Positions 53,955-63,871 of a stretch of DNA of 64,000 nt are shown here, piece after piece. Position numbers and translations under genes: made by a program. The stretch spans positions 11,915-75,914 of the forward strand of contig DASXZI010000020.1 of the NCBI GenBank assembly GCA_036501985.1. The letters are read 5' to 3'. Position 1 is the stretch's first letter. The number at the start of each line of letters is the position of its first letter. This DNA comes from Steroidobacteraceae bacterium (lineage in GTDB: Bacteria > Pseudomonadota > Gammaproteobacteria > Steroidobacterales > Steroidobacteraceae). Below the pieces are notes generated by a model. That model was not told the DNA's origin. It made no database searches and saw nothing but the letters and a program-made list of their open reading frames with translations.

Positions 53955-54881
53955 TCAGATCACGGGACCGGCGCGCTCGGCAATCAGCCGATACTCGGCC
54001 GGCCGGCGATAGCGCTGGAAATCGAAATTCACCCGCTGGCAGAGTCCGATCAGCTCGAGGTCGGCGCGATGTACGATGACCTCGTCATCGACGGACGTCG
54101 CCACGGCAGCCATCTCGCCCGTGGGCGCGATGATGCACGAGCCGCCGATGAGCGCCTGACCGTCCTCCAGTCCCGCCTTGGCCGCGGCAGCCACCCATAC
54201 TGTGTTCTGATAGGCGCCGGCCTGCATCGGCAGATGATTGTGGAAAGCGCGCAAGTGCGCAAGCGCAGGAGCCTCTTCGAGGACCACCGGCGTGTTGTAT
54301 CCGATCAGAACGACCTGGGCCCCATTGAGGCACAACATGCGGTAGGTCTCGGGCCAGCGCCGGTCATTGCACAGACACATTCCGATCCGAACACCGCCCA
54401 ACTCGAACACGGGAAATCCGAGGTCGCCCGGCTCGAAATAACGCCTCTCCAGGTGCGTGGTGACGCCGGGCTCGGGCTGTGCCGAGCCCGGAATATGCAT
54501 CTTGCGATAGTGGCCCAGCACGGCTGCGTCGGGTCCGACGAGAACCATGCTGTTGAACCGGCGCTGTCGCCCTCCCGATCCGCTCAACTCCGCATAGCCG
54601 AGCGCGAACCCGATCCGCAGCCGCGCGGCGGCAGCGAACAGCGGCTGCAGCGCAGGTCCAGGCATCTGGGTCTCATAGAACGCGTCGATCTCGCGCGCAT
54701 CCGTCAGTTCCCAGCGCGGGAAAAACGTCGTCAATGCCATTTCCGGAAAGACCGCGAGGCCGGCGCCCGCTGCGGCCGCGCGCTCCAGCAGGCTGACCAG
54801 CCGACCGACCGTGTCGGCTCGTGAGGCCGCTCGCTGCACGGGGCCGGTCTGGCAGACTGCCAGTGTCAGGTATCGACTCAT
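53955..54881 (-). CDS. N-carbamoyl-D-amino-acid hydrolase-like carbon-nitrogen hydrolase
   Basis: Glu-Lys-Cys triad contexts VFPEMALT, HYRKMHIPG, GMCLCNDRRWPE. LERRYFEPGDLGFPVF matches my memory of Agrobacterium D-carbamoylase. ATGA overlap with the upstream ATPase gene. Confidence 0.75.
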   Translation of the reverse strand: MSRYLTLAVCQTGPVQRAASRADTVGRLVSLLERAAAAGAGLAVFPEMALTTFFPRWELTDAREIDAFYETQMPGPALQPLFAAAARLRIGFALGYAELSGSGGRQRRFNSMVLVGPDAAVLGHYRKMHIPGSAQPEPGVTTHLERRYFEPGDLGFPVFELGGVRIGMCLCNDRRWPETYRMLCLNGAQVVLIGYNTPVVLEEAPALAHLRAFHNHLPMQAGAYQNTVWVAAAAKAGLEDGQALIGGSCIIAPTGEMAAVATSVDDEVIVHRADLELIGLCQRVNFDFQRYRRPAEYRLIAERAGPVI

Positions 54882-56938
54882 GGGGCGTCCTCGGCGAGGG
54901 TTCCGGCGGGCTGCGGATCGCGCATGGCGAACACCGGTAGCTGCGCATTGAGCTGGGAGACGGGCAGATGGCAGGCGATGCGATGCGATGCCGTGAGCTC
55001 GCGCAATGGGGGCGCGAGCACTTCGCAGGTGCCCGCGATCCGGTAGGTGCAGCGGGCAGCAAACCGGCAGCCGGTGATCGGGGCAGAGGCGGGGGCGGAG
55101 TCGGTTGTCAGGCGAACCTTGCGCTTGGAGATGCCGGTCTCGGCGAGGGGGACCGCTGAGAGGAGCGCCTCTGTATACGGGTGGTACGGCGGGGCGAACA
55201 CCTCCTCCGTACGGCCCTGTTCCATGATGTGGCCGAGGTACATGACGATGACTCGCTCGGCCAGATGGCGCACGACCGCCAGGTCGTGACTGATGAACAC
55301 GATGGCGGTTCCCTGCTCGCGCTGCAGATCGAGCAGCAGCTCGGTGACCGCGGTCTGCACGGACACGTCGAGGGCTGACAGGGGCTCATCGGCAATGACG
55401 ACGGCCGGGTTGCCGGCGAAAGCGCGTGCAATGGCCACCCGCTGCTTCTGGCCTCCCGAGAGCTGGCCCGGATGTTGTTCGGCGAGCGCACGCGGCAGTT
55501 GGACCCGATCGAGCAGCTCGAGCATGCGCTCGCGGATGCGCGATTCAGTCCGCTCCACTTTGAACTTGCGAAGGACCCTGGTGATCTGTGCGGCGACCGT
55601 GTGCTGCGGATTGAGGGTCTCAAACGGATTCTGGAAGATCATCTGCAATGCGCGCAGGGTCGATCGGCTCCGGCGTGTGACCGGCAACTGCGCAAGCTCG
55701 AGGGCCTCGAAGCGGATCGAGCCGGAGCTCGCCGGTGTCAGGCCCATCGCGACGCGCGCAAAAGTCGACTTGCCGCAACCGGACTCGCCGACGATCGCTA
55801 CGGTTTCGCCACGACGCACATCGAAGGTCAGGCGGTCATTGGCCACGACTTGTCGGTAGCGCTTGGTGAGCTCGTGGACCGCCAGCAGGGTGGCCCCCGT
55901 TTCACCGTCCACTGTGCGACAGCCGGCCTGCGGCGTGGCATTCCAGTCGATCTCGCCGACCCGCAGGCAGCGCGACCAGTGGGAGCCGGGCGAATCCGCG
56001 CTCACGCCCGTCGGGCACAGCGGTACGCGAGTCGAGTCACATTGGCCGGCGATGAAGAACCCGCAGCGTGGGCCAAAGACGCAGCCCCGAGGCCGCGACC
56101 CCGGCGAGGGCAGCTGGCCGGGAATCGCCGTCAGCGGCCGACTGTATTTGTCGCTCGCCAGCGAGGGCAGCGCCGCGAACAGGCCTCGGGTGTAGGGATG
56201 GCGCATCGCCCGAAAGACTTCCTCGACCGAGCCGATCTCGACGGCCTCGCCCGCGTACATCACTGTCATCCGGTCGCAGGTCTCGCGCACCAGCCCGAGA
56301 TTGTGCGAGATGTACAACATGGCCATGCCAAAGCGTGCCGCAATGTCCCGGATCAGATCCACGATTCCGGCCTCGACCGTGACATCGAGCGCCGTCGTGG
56401 GCTCATCGAGCAGCAGCACTTTCGGCCGGGACAGCAGCGCCATGGCGATGACGAGGCGCTGTTGCTGGCCTCCCGAGAGCTGATGCGGGTAAGAGCGCAT
56501 GATGCGGTCGGCCTCGGCGAGCTGAACCATTTCGAGCAGCGCGCGTACTCTCGTGTCGGCCTCTCGCTGCGATACCGCCTCGTGGCAGACGGGCACTTCC
56601 GTGAGCTGCGCTCCGATCGTCATCGAAGGGTTGAGCGATGCCATCGGCTCCTGGTAGACCATGGCGATGCCGGCGCCGCGAATTCCCCGCAGGGCCTCTC
56701 CTTTCATCTTCAGCAGGTCACGGCCTTCGAACAGGATCTCGCCTCGCGTGACTCGCCCGCCCGGCGCCAGATGCCGCATGATGGCGAGCGCCACCGTGGA
56801 TTTACCGCAACCGGACTCCCCGACCAGGCCGTGAGCCTCCCCCGGATGCAGGGTGAGATTGAAATCGACCACGACTTCGGTTTCCTGACCGCCCTGGCTG
56901 TAGCACACGGACAGATTGCGGCAATCCAGGATCGGCAT
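54878..56938 (-). CDS. fused double ABC ATPase of a peptide-type (Dpp/Gsi-like) importer
   Basis: Two Walker A motifs (GESGCGKST x2), two signatures (LSGGQQQR, LSGGQKQR), and two Cys-rich oligopeptide-transporter C-terminal motifs. The start overlaps the permease stop (TGATG). The track ORF extends spuriously to 57226. Confidence 0.85.
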   Translation of the reverse strand: MPILDCRNLSVCYSQGGQETEVVVDFNLTLHPGEAHGLVGESGCGKSTVALAIMRHLAPGGRVTRGEILFEGRDLLKMKGEALRGIRGAGIAMVYQEPMASLNPSMTIGAQLTEVPVCHEAVSQREADTRVRALLEMVQLAEADRIMRSYPHQLSGGQQQRLVIAMALLSRPKVLLLDEPTTALDVTVEAGIVDLIRDIAARFGMAMLYISHNLGLVRETCDRMTVMYAGEAVEIGSVEEVFRAMRHPYTRGLFAALPSLASDKYSRPLTAIPGQLPSPGSRPRGCVFGPRCGFFIAGQCDSTRVPLCPTGVSADSPGSHWSRCLRVGEIDWNATPQAGCRTVDGETGATLLAVHELTKRYRQVVANDRLTFDVRRGETVAIVGESGCGKSTFARVAMGLTPASSGSIRFEALELAQLPVTRRSRSTLRALQMIFQNPFETLNPQHTVAAQITRVLRKFKVERTESRIRERMLELLDRVQLPRALAEQHPGQLSGGQKQRVAIARAFAGNPAVVIADEPLSALDVSVQTAVTELLLDLQREQGTAIVFISHDLAVVRHLAERVIVMYLGHIMEQGRTEEVFAPPYHPYTEALLSAVPLAETGISKRKVRLTTDSAPASAPITGCRFAARCTYRIAGTCEVLAPPLRELTASHRIACHLPVSQLNAQLPVFAMRDPQPAGTLAEDAP

Positions 56939-57966
56939 CAGCTTCTCCAGCTCATCTCGCGCAAGCCGTCGGCAATGAGGTTGAAACCCAGTATCAGGCT
57001 GGTCACCGAGAGCGCCGGCACAATCAGCATGTAGGAGAACTTCCACAGCAGGGCGGCAGTCGCCGCCTCCTTGATCATCAGGCCCCAGTCCGGATCGGGT
57101 GGCTGCAGGCCGAGGCCGAGAAAGGTCAGCGTGGTGATGGCCGCCGTGGTGTAGCCGAGCCGCAGGCAGGCATCCACGATCAGTGGCCCCCGCACGTTCG
57201 GCAGCAGCTCCACCAGCATGATCCACAGCGGATGCTCACCACGGATCTGCGCGGCAAGCACATAGTCACGCGAGCTGGCTTCCAGCACCAGGCCGCGCAC
57301 GATCCGCATGATGATGGGAGCCAAAGAGAAGGTCACCGCGATGATGATGTTGAATCCGCTCTGGCCGAGGACGTTGAGCACCAGGATCAGGAGCACCATG
57401 ACAGGAAAGGACAGCAGTACGTTGCTCGCGAACGAGACCAGCTCATCCCACCAGCCCCGCAGATATCCGGCGAGCAGTCCGAAGGCCACTCCGACCAGGT
57501 AAGCCACCAAGGTCGCGGTGACCCCCCAGACCAGCACCCGCTGACAGCCCCACAGCGTGCGCGAGAGGACATCTCTGCCCCGTGTATCGGAGCCGAGCCA
57601 GAACAGAGTGCCGCGCCGGATCATACCGGGCAACACATACGGTGCGACCGGCTTGTCGGGGTCGGCCAAGGGCAGGAAAGGCACCGTCACGGCGATCAGC
57701 AGCCAGAAGCACACGAGCGTGAGGCCGAACAGCGCGACGCGCGAGTGCTGCCAGGACTTGCACGCCCAGCCATACAGAACCAGCACGGCGGGGATCGCGG
57801 GCAGGAGCACCTGCGCGGCATGCTGGCCCAACTGCTCGCGATACAGCACGAAGATCGCCAGAGGAATCCAGATCAGAGCGAGCAACACCGCTACTGCCCG
57901 AGCCGGCGTGATGAGGCGCGCAAACGCTGGAGCGGGGAGTGTCGAGCGCTGATCCGGGCTATTCAT
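56938..57966 (-). CDS. ABC transporter permease (DppC-like)
   Basis: Polytopic protein. ATG 57966 overlaps the upstream stop (ATGA). The track ORF extends spuriously to 58416. Confidence 0.8.
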   Translation of the reverse strand: MNSPDQRSTLPAPAFARLITPARAVAVLLALIWIPLAIFVLYREQLGQHAAQVLLPAIPAVLVLYGWACKSWQHSRVALFGLTLVCFWLLIAVTVPFLPLADPDKPVAPYVLPGMIRRGTLFWLGSDTRGRDVLSRTLWGCQRVLVWGVTATLVAYLVGVAFGLLAGYLRGWWDELVSFASNVLLSFPVMVLLILVLNVLGQSGFNIIIAVTFSLAPIIMRIVRGLVLEASSRDYVLAAQIRGEHPLWIMLVELLPNVRGPLIVDACLRLGYTTAAITTLTFLGLGLQPPDPDWGLMIKEAATAALLWKFSYMLIVPALSVTSLILGFNLIADGLREMSWRS

Positions 57967-58913
57967 GCAAAGCGCATCCGCGGGTTCAGCAACCGGTAGG
58001 CGGCATCCGAGAGCAGCTGCGACATCACGGCCACGAACACGGCCACCAGCGTAGCCGCCTGCAGAACCTGAATGTCTCCATAGTTCGCTGCATCGAACAG
58101 CATGCGCCCGAAGCCCGAATACTGGAAAAACACCTCGACCACGACGACCTGGGACAGAATTCCGTTGAGCTCGAGACAGATCAGGGTGACGGGCACGATC
58201 AGCGCGTTGCGCAATGCATGCTTGAGGATGACTTGCCGGTAGGGCAAACCCTTCAGAAGCGCGGTGCGGATGTACTGCGAGGTCATGACCTCCGCCATCG
58301 AGGCTCGCGTCATCCGAGCAAGATAGCCCACGTCGTAGATCAGGATGGTCAGCAGCGGCAGCAGCAGCTCGCGGAACGAGAAGCCCTCGGTCATGGCGGA
58401 CTTGCTGGGAACCCACTTCAGTCCCAGTGCCAGCACGACGGTCAGCACCACGGCCGTGGCGATCTGCGGCGTTGATGTCGTGATGATGGATGCCACGGAA
58501 ATGATCCGATCGAGCGGCGAGCCGGTGTCCATCCCTGCCAGCACGCCGAGGGCGATCGCCACCGGTATCATGATAAGGAACACGAAGAAGGCGAGGACGG
58601 CGGTATGAGCCAGACTCTCACGCAACAGCGTTGAGACCGCGACATCCTTCTCGCTGGACTGGCCCAGCTCGCCGTGCGCGATGTCCTTGAGCCAGCGCAC
58701 GAATCGCAGCGGTGCGGGCCGGTTCAATCCCTTGTGCTCCAGCCAGACCTGATAGTCCGCTTCGGACAGCGTGGCGACCCCGAGCGCACCAAGCTCGGCC
58801 ACCGCCGACTTGTGCCGAAATTGATCGCTGTCGAAAATCACGAACAGCAGCGCTGCGACGGTCAGCATGATCAGCAGCATCTGGATCAGGCGGCGGACCA
58901 ACAGCCTGGTCAT
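57963..58913 (-). CDS. ABC transporter permease (DppB-like)
   Basis: 316 aa. MTRLLVRRLIQMLLIMLTVAALLFVIF is typical of DppB/OppB-type permeases. Confidence 0.85.
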   Translation of the reverse strand: MTRLLVRRLIQMLLIMLTVAALLFVIFDSDQFRHKSAVAELGALGVATLSEADYQVWLEHKGLNRPAPLRFVRWLKDIAHGELGQSSEKDVAVSTLLRESLAHTAVLAFFVFLIMIPVAIALGVLAGMDTGSPLDRIISVASIITTSTPQIATAVVLTVVLALGLKWVPSKSAMTEGFSFRELLLPLLTILIYDVGYLARMTRASMAEVMTSQYIRTALLKGLPYRQVILKHALRNALIVPVTLICLELNGILSQVVVVEVFFQYSGFGRMLFDAANYGDIQVLQAATLVAVFVAVMSQLLSDAAYRLLNPRMRFA

Positions 58914-58925
58914 GTCAGGAGGATC

Positions 58926-60626
58926 TCAACTCATCCACACGCGCGTGAGCTGCATCTGGCGCGCCGGCTGCGGCCGGTAGCCGTGCACCCGGGCGGTGGC
59001 CAGAATGAAATACGGTCGCCACAGCGGCTGTATCATGACCGCGGCGTCCAACAGAATCTGCTCGACCCGCCGCATGATCTGTCTGCGCGCAACGATGTCG
59101 ATCGTCGCCTCCGCCTGAGCCAGTGCCTGATCGAACTCCGAGTCGCTGAAATGCGTCTCGTTCCACGAGGCCCCGGTGCGGTACGCCTGGGCGAGCGTCA
59201 TCGTCCCGAGCGGCCGATGAGCCCACGAGGTAGCGCCGAACGGTACCTTGTTCCACACCTCCCAGAACTTTGTCGGAGGCACTACGTGGACGGCGAGGTT
59301 GATGCCCGCCTCGCGCAACTGGTCGCGCAACGCCTCGCACACGGCCTGGTGCCAGGGACCATCGTTGTTTCCCACGACGATCTCCAGATCGATGCCTCGT
59401 TCGTAGCCAGCCTCGCGCAACAACTGGCGTGCACCGGCAACGTCGCGCGGCGGAGGATCGAGTGCTGCATAGTCCGGCTGGACCGGTGAGACGTGATAGT
59501 TCCAGCCCACCGAGCCATAGTCCCCCAGCACCAGTGCCTTGATGGCTGCGTTGTCGGCTGCCTTGAGGACGGCGCGCCGCACGCGGATATCGTTGAAGGG
59601 AGGCCGGTCGACCTGCATTCGACAACACAGCGTTTGGGCCGTCTCGACCGAAAGAATCTGCGCATCCGGGATGGCCCGAGCCAGCTCCAGCTGCTCCAGC
59701 GTCAGCTCGTAGATCAGGTCGACGCTGCCCGAGGCGAGCGCCACGGCCTGATTCTCCTGCTCGTAGTTGTAGAAGTGGATCTCGTCGAGAAACACCTCGC
59801 CGCCCCAGTAGCGAAACGGCCTGCCATCGCTCATCCGGCTCACTCGCCTGAGTATGCATCGGTCGGCGACCCGAAGATCGGCCAGCGTATAGGGTCCGGT
59901 GCCGAGCGGGTGCTTGGAGAAGGGTGGCATGAAGGAGGGATGCACAATCAGGGTACAGAACTCCGCGCAGTCCTCCGGGACAGACAGAACCGGCTGAGCG
60001 AGATTCAGGCGCAAGGTCCGACGGTCCAACACCTCCACCCCGCCCGGCAGCGCCCGCCGCACTGGCTTGCCCCCGGCATCGCGCTCCCCTGTGAACTGGG
60101 TGAGCGCGGCGAACGTGGACAGGCCGAGGTTGGACGAGCCGAGCGTCGGGTCCGACCACCTGCGGATGTTCCAGGCGACGTGCTCCGCGGTCAGCTCTTC
60201 TGCGTTGTGCCACTGCACGCCGCCGCGGATGTGCAGCACCCAGGTTTGCAGATCGCTCGAGCACTGCCATGACTCGGCCAGCATGGGCCGAACCACGTTG
60301 TCCGGACCCACCATGGTCAGGTAGTCCAGGATGGGCCGCGTCTGGTTAGCCATCTCGTTCCAGCTATACGTGGCTGGGTCGACCATGCGCGTCACCATCT
60401 GACCGACGCGCAGCTTGCCGCCGCGCTTCGCATCCGGGTCCGCCGCGGGAAATGGGAGGGATTCGTCTGCAAAGGCGGGAGCGCTTAACCCAGCCATTTC
60501 ATACGCCGACATCGCCCCCACGCCCAGTAGGGTGGCAAACCGTATGAATTCACGGCGATCCATGACTCCCTGGCGCAACTGCCGATGCAGCTTCGCGAGT
60601 AACGGGTGGCGCCGGTCGTGGGTCAA
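58926..60626 (-). CDS. family-5 (peptide/opine/nickel type) ABC substrate-binding protein with Tat-like signal
   Basis: DRREFIRFATLLGVGAMS...APAFA leader. About 540-aa mature SBP. Alternative start at ATG 60563. Confidence 0.8.
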   Translation of the reverse strand: MTHDRRHPLLAKLHRQLRQGVMDRREFIRFATLLGVGAMSAYEMAGLSAPAFADESLPFPAADPDAKRGGKLRVGQMVTRMVDPATYSWNEMANQTRPILDYLTMVGPDNVVRPMLAESWQCSSDLQTWVLHIRGGVQWHNAEELTAEHVAWNIRRWSDPTLGSSNLGLSTFAALTQFTGERDAGGKPVRRALPGGVEVLDRRTLRLNLAQPVLSVPEDCAEFCTLIVHPSFMPPFSKHPLGTGPYTLADLRVADRCILRRVSRMSDGRPFRYWGGEVFLDEIHFYNYEQENQAVALASGSVDLIYELTLEQLELARAIPDAQILSVETAQTLCCRMQVDRPPFNDIRVRRAVLKAADNAAIKALVLGDYGSVGWNYHVSPVQPDYAALDPPPRDVAGARQLLREAGYERGIDLEIVVGNNDGPWHQAVCEALRDQLREAGINLAVHVVPPTKFWEVWNKVPFGATSWAHRPLGTMTLAQAYRTGASWNETHFSDSEFDQALAQAEATIDIVARRQIMRRVEQILLDAAVMIQPLWRPYFILATARVHGYRPQPARQMQLTRVWMS

Positions 60627-60664
60627 CCTGAGTGATTCCCGGGTGAGGGCCGCGTGCGCAGTCC

Positions 60665-61012
60665 TCAGACTGCGGCAGTGACCATGATTTCCACGCGATA
60701 GTTATCGCCTGCCAGCCGCGCCTCGACCGTGGCGCGTACGGGCATCGCCGCGCGATCGATCCACCGGTCCCACACACCATTCATGCGCTCGAAATCCGCG
60801 ATATCGCGCAGCCAGATCTGGGCCGTCAGGAGCTTGCTCCTGTCAGAGCCGGCAAGGGAGAGATAGTGGTCGATCTTCGCCAGAGTGTCGCGGGTCTGCT
60901 GGATCACATCGCCGCTGAGATCGTCGGCGACCATGCCGGCCAGATAGGCGACTCCATTGTGCGTGAGTACGCGGCAAAAGCGGGGCCCGTTTTCGATACG
61001 CTGAATGCTCAT
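60665..61012 (-). CDS. ridA: RidA (YjgF/UK114) family enamine/imine deaminase
   Basis: 115 aa. AYLAGMVADD...ERMNGVWDRW...PVRATVEARLAGDNYRVEIMVTA. ATGA overlap with the upstream FAD enzyme gene. Confidence 0.8.
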   Translation of the reverse strand: MSIQRIENGPRFCRVLTHNGVAYLAGMVADDLSGDVIQQTRDTLAKIDHYLSLAGSDRSKLLTAQIWLRDIADFERMNGVWDRWIDRAAMPVRATVEARLAGDNYRVEIMVTAAV

Positions 61013-62193
61013 GCGGTGGTGTCCTGTCGGTTCGATAATCGTGGGGCGGCCGGGGCGGACAGTCGGGCCGGGGACAGATCGGCCGCTCGGATGCCGCCAC
61101 GGATCAGATCCTCCGGCAGCTCACGGCCGCGAATCAGCGCCGCGCAGAGCCTGGACAGACCGGGTGAGGTCTTGATGCCATAGCCGCCCTGCCCAGCCAA
61201 CCAGAAGAAACCCGGAGCGTTCGTGTCAAAGCCCGCCACGGGTACACCGTCGGATGCAAACGTGCGCAATCCCGCCCACGCCCGCGCGACACGCTGCACG
61301 TTGATCGTCGTGGCGCGCTCCAGTCGATCAACACCTACTGCCACGTCAAGATCGTCAGGAACCGCGTCGCCCGGCGGCACAGGAGTCTCGTCCGACGGCG
61401 ACACGAGAAGTTGTCCCGCATCCGGCTTGAAATAGAACTCGTCACCGACGTCGTCGACGAGGGGCCACGCACGCGTATCGACACCCATCGGCGCGGGGAC
61501 CATGAAGGCCGTTCGCCGTTTGGGGACCAGCCCGAGCGGCCGAAGCCCCGCGCTGTGCGCCAGTGCATCCGCCCAGGCCCCCGCCGCGTTGATGAGAATG
61601 GGCGCACTGAAGGCGCCACGGCTGCTCGTCACGTGCCAGGAGCCGCTACGAAATTCAATTTGGGAGAGCTCGGCGCCGGTGACCAGCTTCGCTCCGCGTG
61701 ACTTGGCACCCCTCAGAAACCCCTGGTGCAACCCCTGAACATCCACGTCCATGCTGCGGGGCTCGAGGAATGCCGCAGCGACGTACTCTCGGCGCAGGAC
61801 GGGCACACGCACCAGAGCCTCGTCGACTGTCAACTCTGTCGCATCGGGGATCAGCGTTTGCGCCGCGCGCAGATGGGTGGCCAGCAGATCCAACTGGTCG
61901 TGTCTGGCTATGGTCAGCATGCCGCGCGGCGAGAGCAGCGACTGGCCGCAGAATCCTTCGGGAGGACTCTGAAGAAAGGCGCGGCTGGCCATCGCCAGAC
62001 GCCGCACCACGGGATGACCGTAGTTTTCAGTAAAACTCGCGGCGGATCGGGCCGTGGCATGGTAACCGCAGACGCTCTCGCGCTCGAGCAAGACCACGTC
62101 CGCAAAGGCGGCGATCTCGTAAGCAGCGCCCGCGCCGGCGATGCCGCCGCCGATGATTACTACATCCGCGCTCGTGATCGCTTGCGCGCTCAA
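61009..62193 (-). CDS. FAD-dependent D-amino-acid dehydrogenase (DauA/D-arginine dehydrogenase-like)
   Basis: Dinucleotide fold VVIIGGGIAGAGAAYEIA. GYHATARSAASFTENYG, LLSPRGML, INAAGAWAD, FFWLAGQGGYGIKTSP. From memory, collinear with Pseudomonas DauA. Confidence 0.75.
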   Translation of the reverse strand: MSAQAITSADVVIIGGGIAGAGAAYEIAAFADVVLLERESVCGYHATARSAASFTENYGHPVVRRLAMASRAFLQSPPEGFCGQSLLSPRGMLTIARHDQLDLLATHLRAAQTLIPDATELTVDEALVRVPVLRREYVAAAFLEPRSMDVDVQGLHQGFLRGAKSRGAKLVTGAELSQIEFRSGSWHVTSSRGAFSAPILINAAGAWADALAHSAGLRPLGLVPKRRTAFMVPAPMGVDTRAWPLVDDVGDEFYFKPDAGQLLVSPSDETPVPPGDAVPDDLDVAVGVDRLERATTINVQRVARAWAGLRTFASDGVPVAGFDTNAPGFFWLAGQGGYGIKTSPGLSRLCAALIRGRELPEDLIRGGIRAADLSPARLSAPAAPRLSNRQDTTA

Positions 62194-62347
62194 CGCCCGC
62201 GCTCCGACATTTCGGCGCTTGCAGGCAATGCACCTTGCGCGCTTGCCTTGCCAGACAGATTCACGGCTCGCTATTTTCCTGGACGGGTGGGAACGCCGAA
62301 CCTATCATAGCCTCGACTTCGTAGCTATAAACGCCGGACTGTCAGCG

Positions 62348-63871
62348 ATGTCCGCTCCGCGCAACCCGATCTCCGAAAACCCATTCGACCTCGCGATCGT
62401 CGGCGGCACCGTTGTTCTTCCCGATGGGCCGGCTCGCATCAACGTGGGCGTTCGTGGGCACCTCATCGCCTGGCTGGGAACGGAAGTACCGCCCGCACAC
62501 CGAACCATCGATGCCACGGGAAAGCTCGTGCTGCCAGGGGGGATCGACAGCCACTGTCACATGGATCAGCAGCCGTGGGAGGGCCGGAGCTCGGCGGACG
62601 ACTTCCGCAGTGGCACGCTATCCGCGCTCTGCGGCGGCAATACGACCATCATCCCCTTTGCCATGCAGATGCGCGGCCAGTCTCTACAAGCGGTCGTCGA
62701 TGACTACCATGAACGCGCCGCGCCGAAGGCGCATATCGACTATGGCTTTCACCTGATCGTGGGTGATCCGACGCCGGCGGTGCTCACGAAGGAGTTACCG
62801 CAGCTCATCGAGCAGGGATGTACGTCGATCAAGATCTACCTGACTTACGAAGGCCTCAGGCTTGACGACTACGAAGTCCTCACGCTCCTGGAGCTGGCCC
62901 GTCGCGAAGGCGTGTTGGTGATGGTGCACGCGGAGAACGATGCGTGCATCCGATGGCTCACGGATCGCCTGCTCGAGCAGCGCAGAACGGCAATGAAGTA
63001 TCACGTGACCGCGCACCCCGAGATCGGGGAGCGGGAAGCGACCTTCCGGGCGATCAGTTTTGCGGAGCTCATCGATACACCCATTCTGATCGTGCACGTC
63101 TCGACGGGAACCGTCGTCGAGGAAGTTCGGCGTGCTCGGGCTCGGGGGCTGCCGGTTTTTGCGGAAACCTGTCCCCAATACCTGTTCCTGTCCTCGGAGG
63201 ATGTCGACAGCGTCGATCTGAGCGGCGCGAAATGTGTCTGTACTCCGCCTCCCCGCGCGCGGTCAAACCAACCGCTCATGTGGCGCGGTCTCACCGATGG
63301 AACGCTTGGCGTGTTTTCTTCCGATCATTCGCCCTGGAACTATGCCCACAAGATCGAAGGTGGACCGGACAAGCCTTTCTCGAGCGTCGTGAACGGCATC
63401 CCGGGCATCGAGACGCGGCTGCCACTGTTCTTCTCCGCCACCCAGAGCGAGGGCCGGCTGGGGCTGAAGGAATTCGTGGACCTCACCACCACGGCGCCTG
63501 CCCGCCTTTACGGGCTCTATCCCAGGAAGGGTGTGATCGCGGTTGGATCGGATGCCGATTTCGCGATCTGGGATCCGGACATGGAAGTCACGATTCGCAA
63601 TGAGATGCTGCACCATGCCGTGGATTACACCCCCTATGAGGGGGCCACGGTCCGGGGCTGGCCCGTGATGACGATCTCGCGCGGCGAGTTGCTGTACGAC
63701 CACGGGAAAGTCACCTCGCGCCCCGGGCGGGGTCGCTTCGTGCCCTGCGACCGGCCCTTCGTGCGGCAACAGACGCTGACTCCGGCGCTGGATTTTGCCT
63801 CGGAATCCGCCGCGGCCGGTCGGCAATCGGCCGCCGTGCCCGCGGCGAAGGTCTGCCCCGCTCGAGATTAG
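62348..63871 (+). CDS. D-hydantoinase/dihydropyrimidinase
   Basis: FDLAIVGGTVV, metal motif GGIDSHCHMDQ, carboxylated-Lys region TSIKIYLTYEG, VMVHAEND, SSDHSPW. ATG 62348 is preferred over track start 62141. Confidence 0.85.
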   Translation: MSAPRNPISENPFDLAIVGGTVVLPDGPARINVGVRGHLIAWLGTEVPPAHRTIDATGKLVLPGGIDSHCHMDQQPWEGRSSADDFRSGTLSALCGGNTTIIPFAMQMRGQSLQAVVDDYHERAAPKAHIDYGFHLIVGDPTPAVLTKELPQLIEQGCTSIKIYLTYEGLRLDDYEVLTLLELARREGVLVMVHAENDACIRWLTDRLLEQRRTAMKYHVTAHPEIGEREATFRAISFAELIDTPILIVHVSTGTVVEEVRRARARGLPVFAETCPQYLFLSSEDVDSVDLSGAKCVCTPPPRARSNQPLMWRGLTDGTLGVFSSDHSPWNYAHKIEGGPDKPFSSVVNGIPGIETRLPLFFSATQSEGRLGLKEFVDLTTTAPARLYGLYPRKGVIAVGSDADFAIWDPDMEVTIRNEMLHHAVDYTPYEGATVRGWPVMTISRGELLYDHGKVTSRPGRGRFVPCDRPFVRQQTLTPALDFASESAAAGRQSAAVPAAKVCPARD

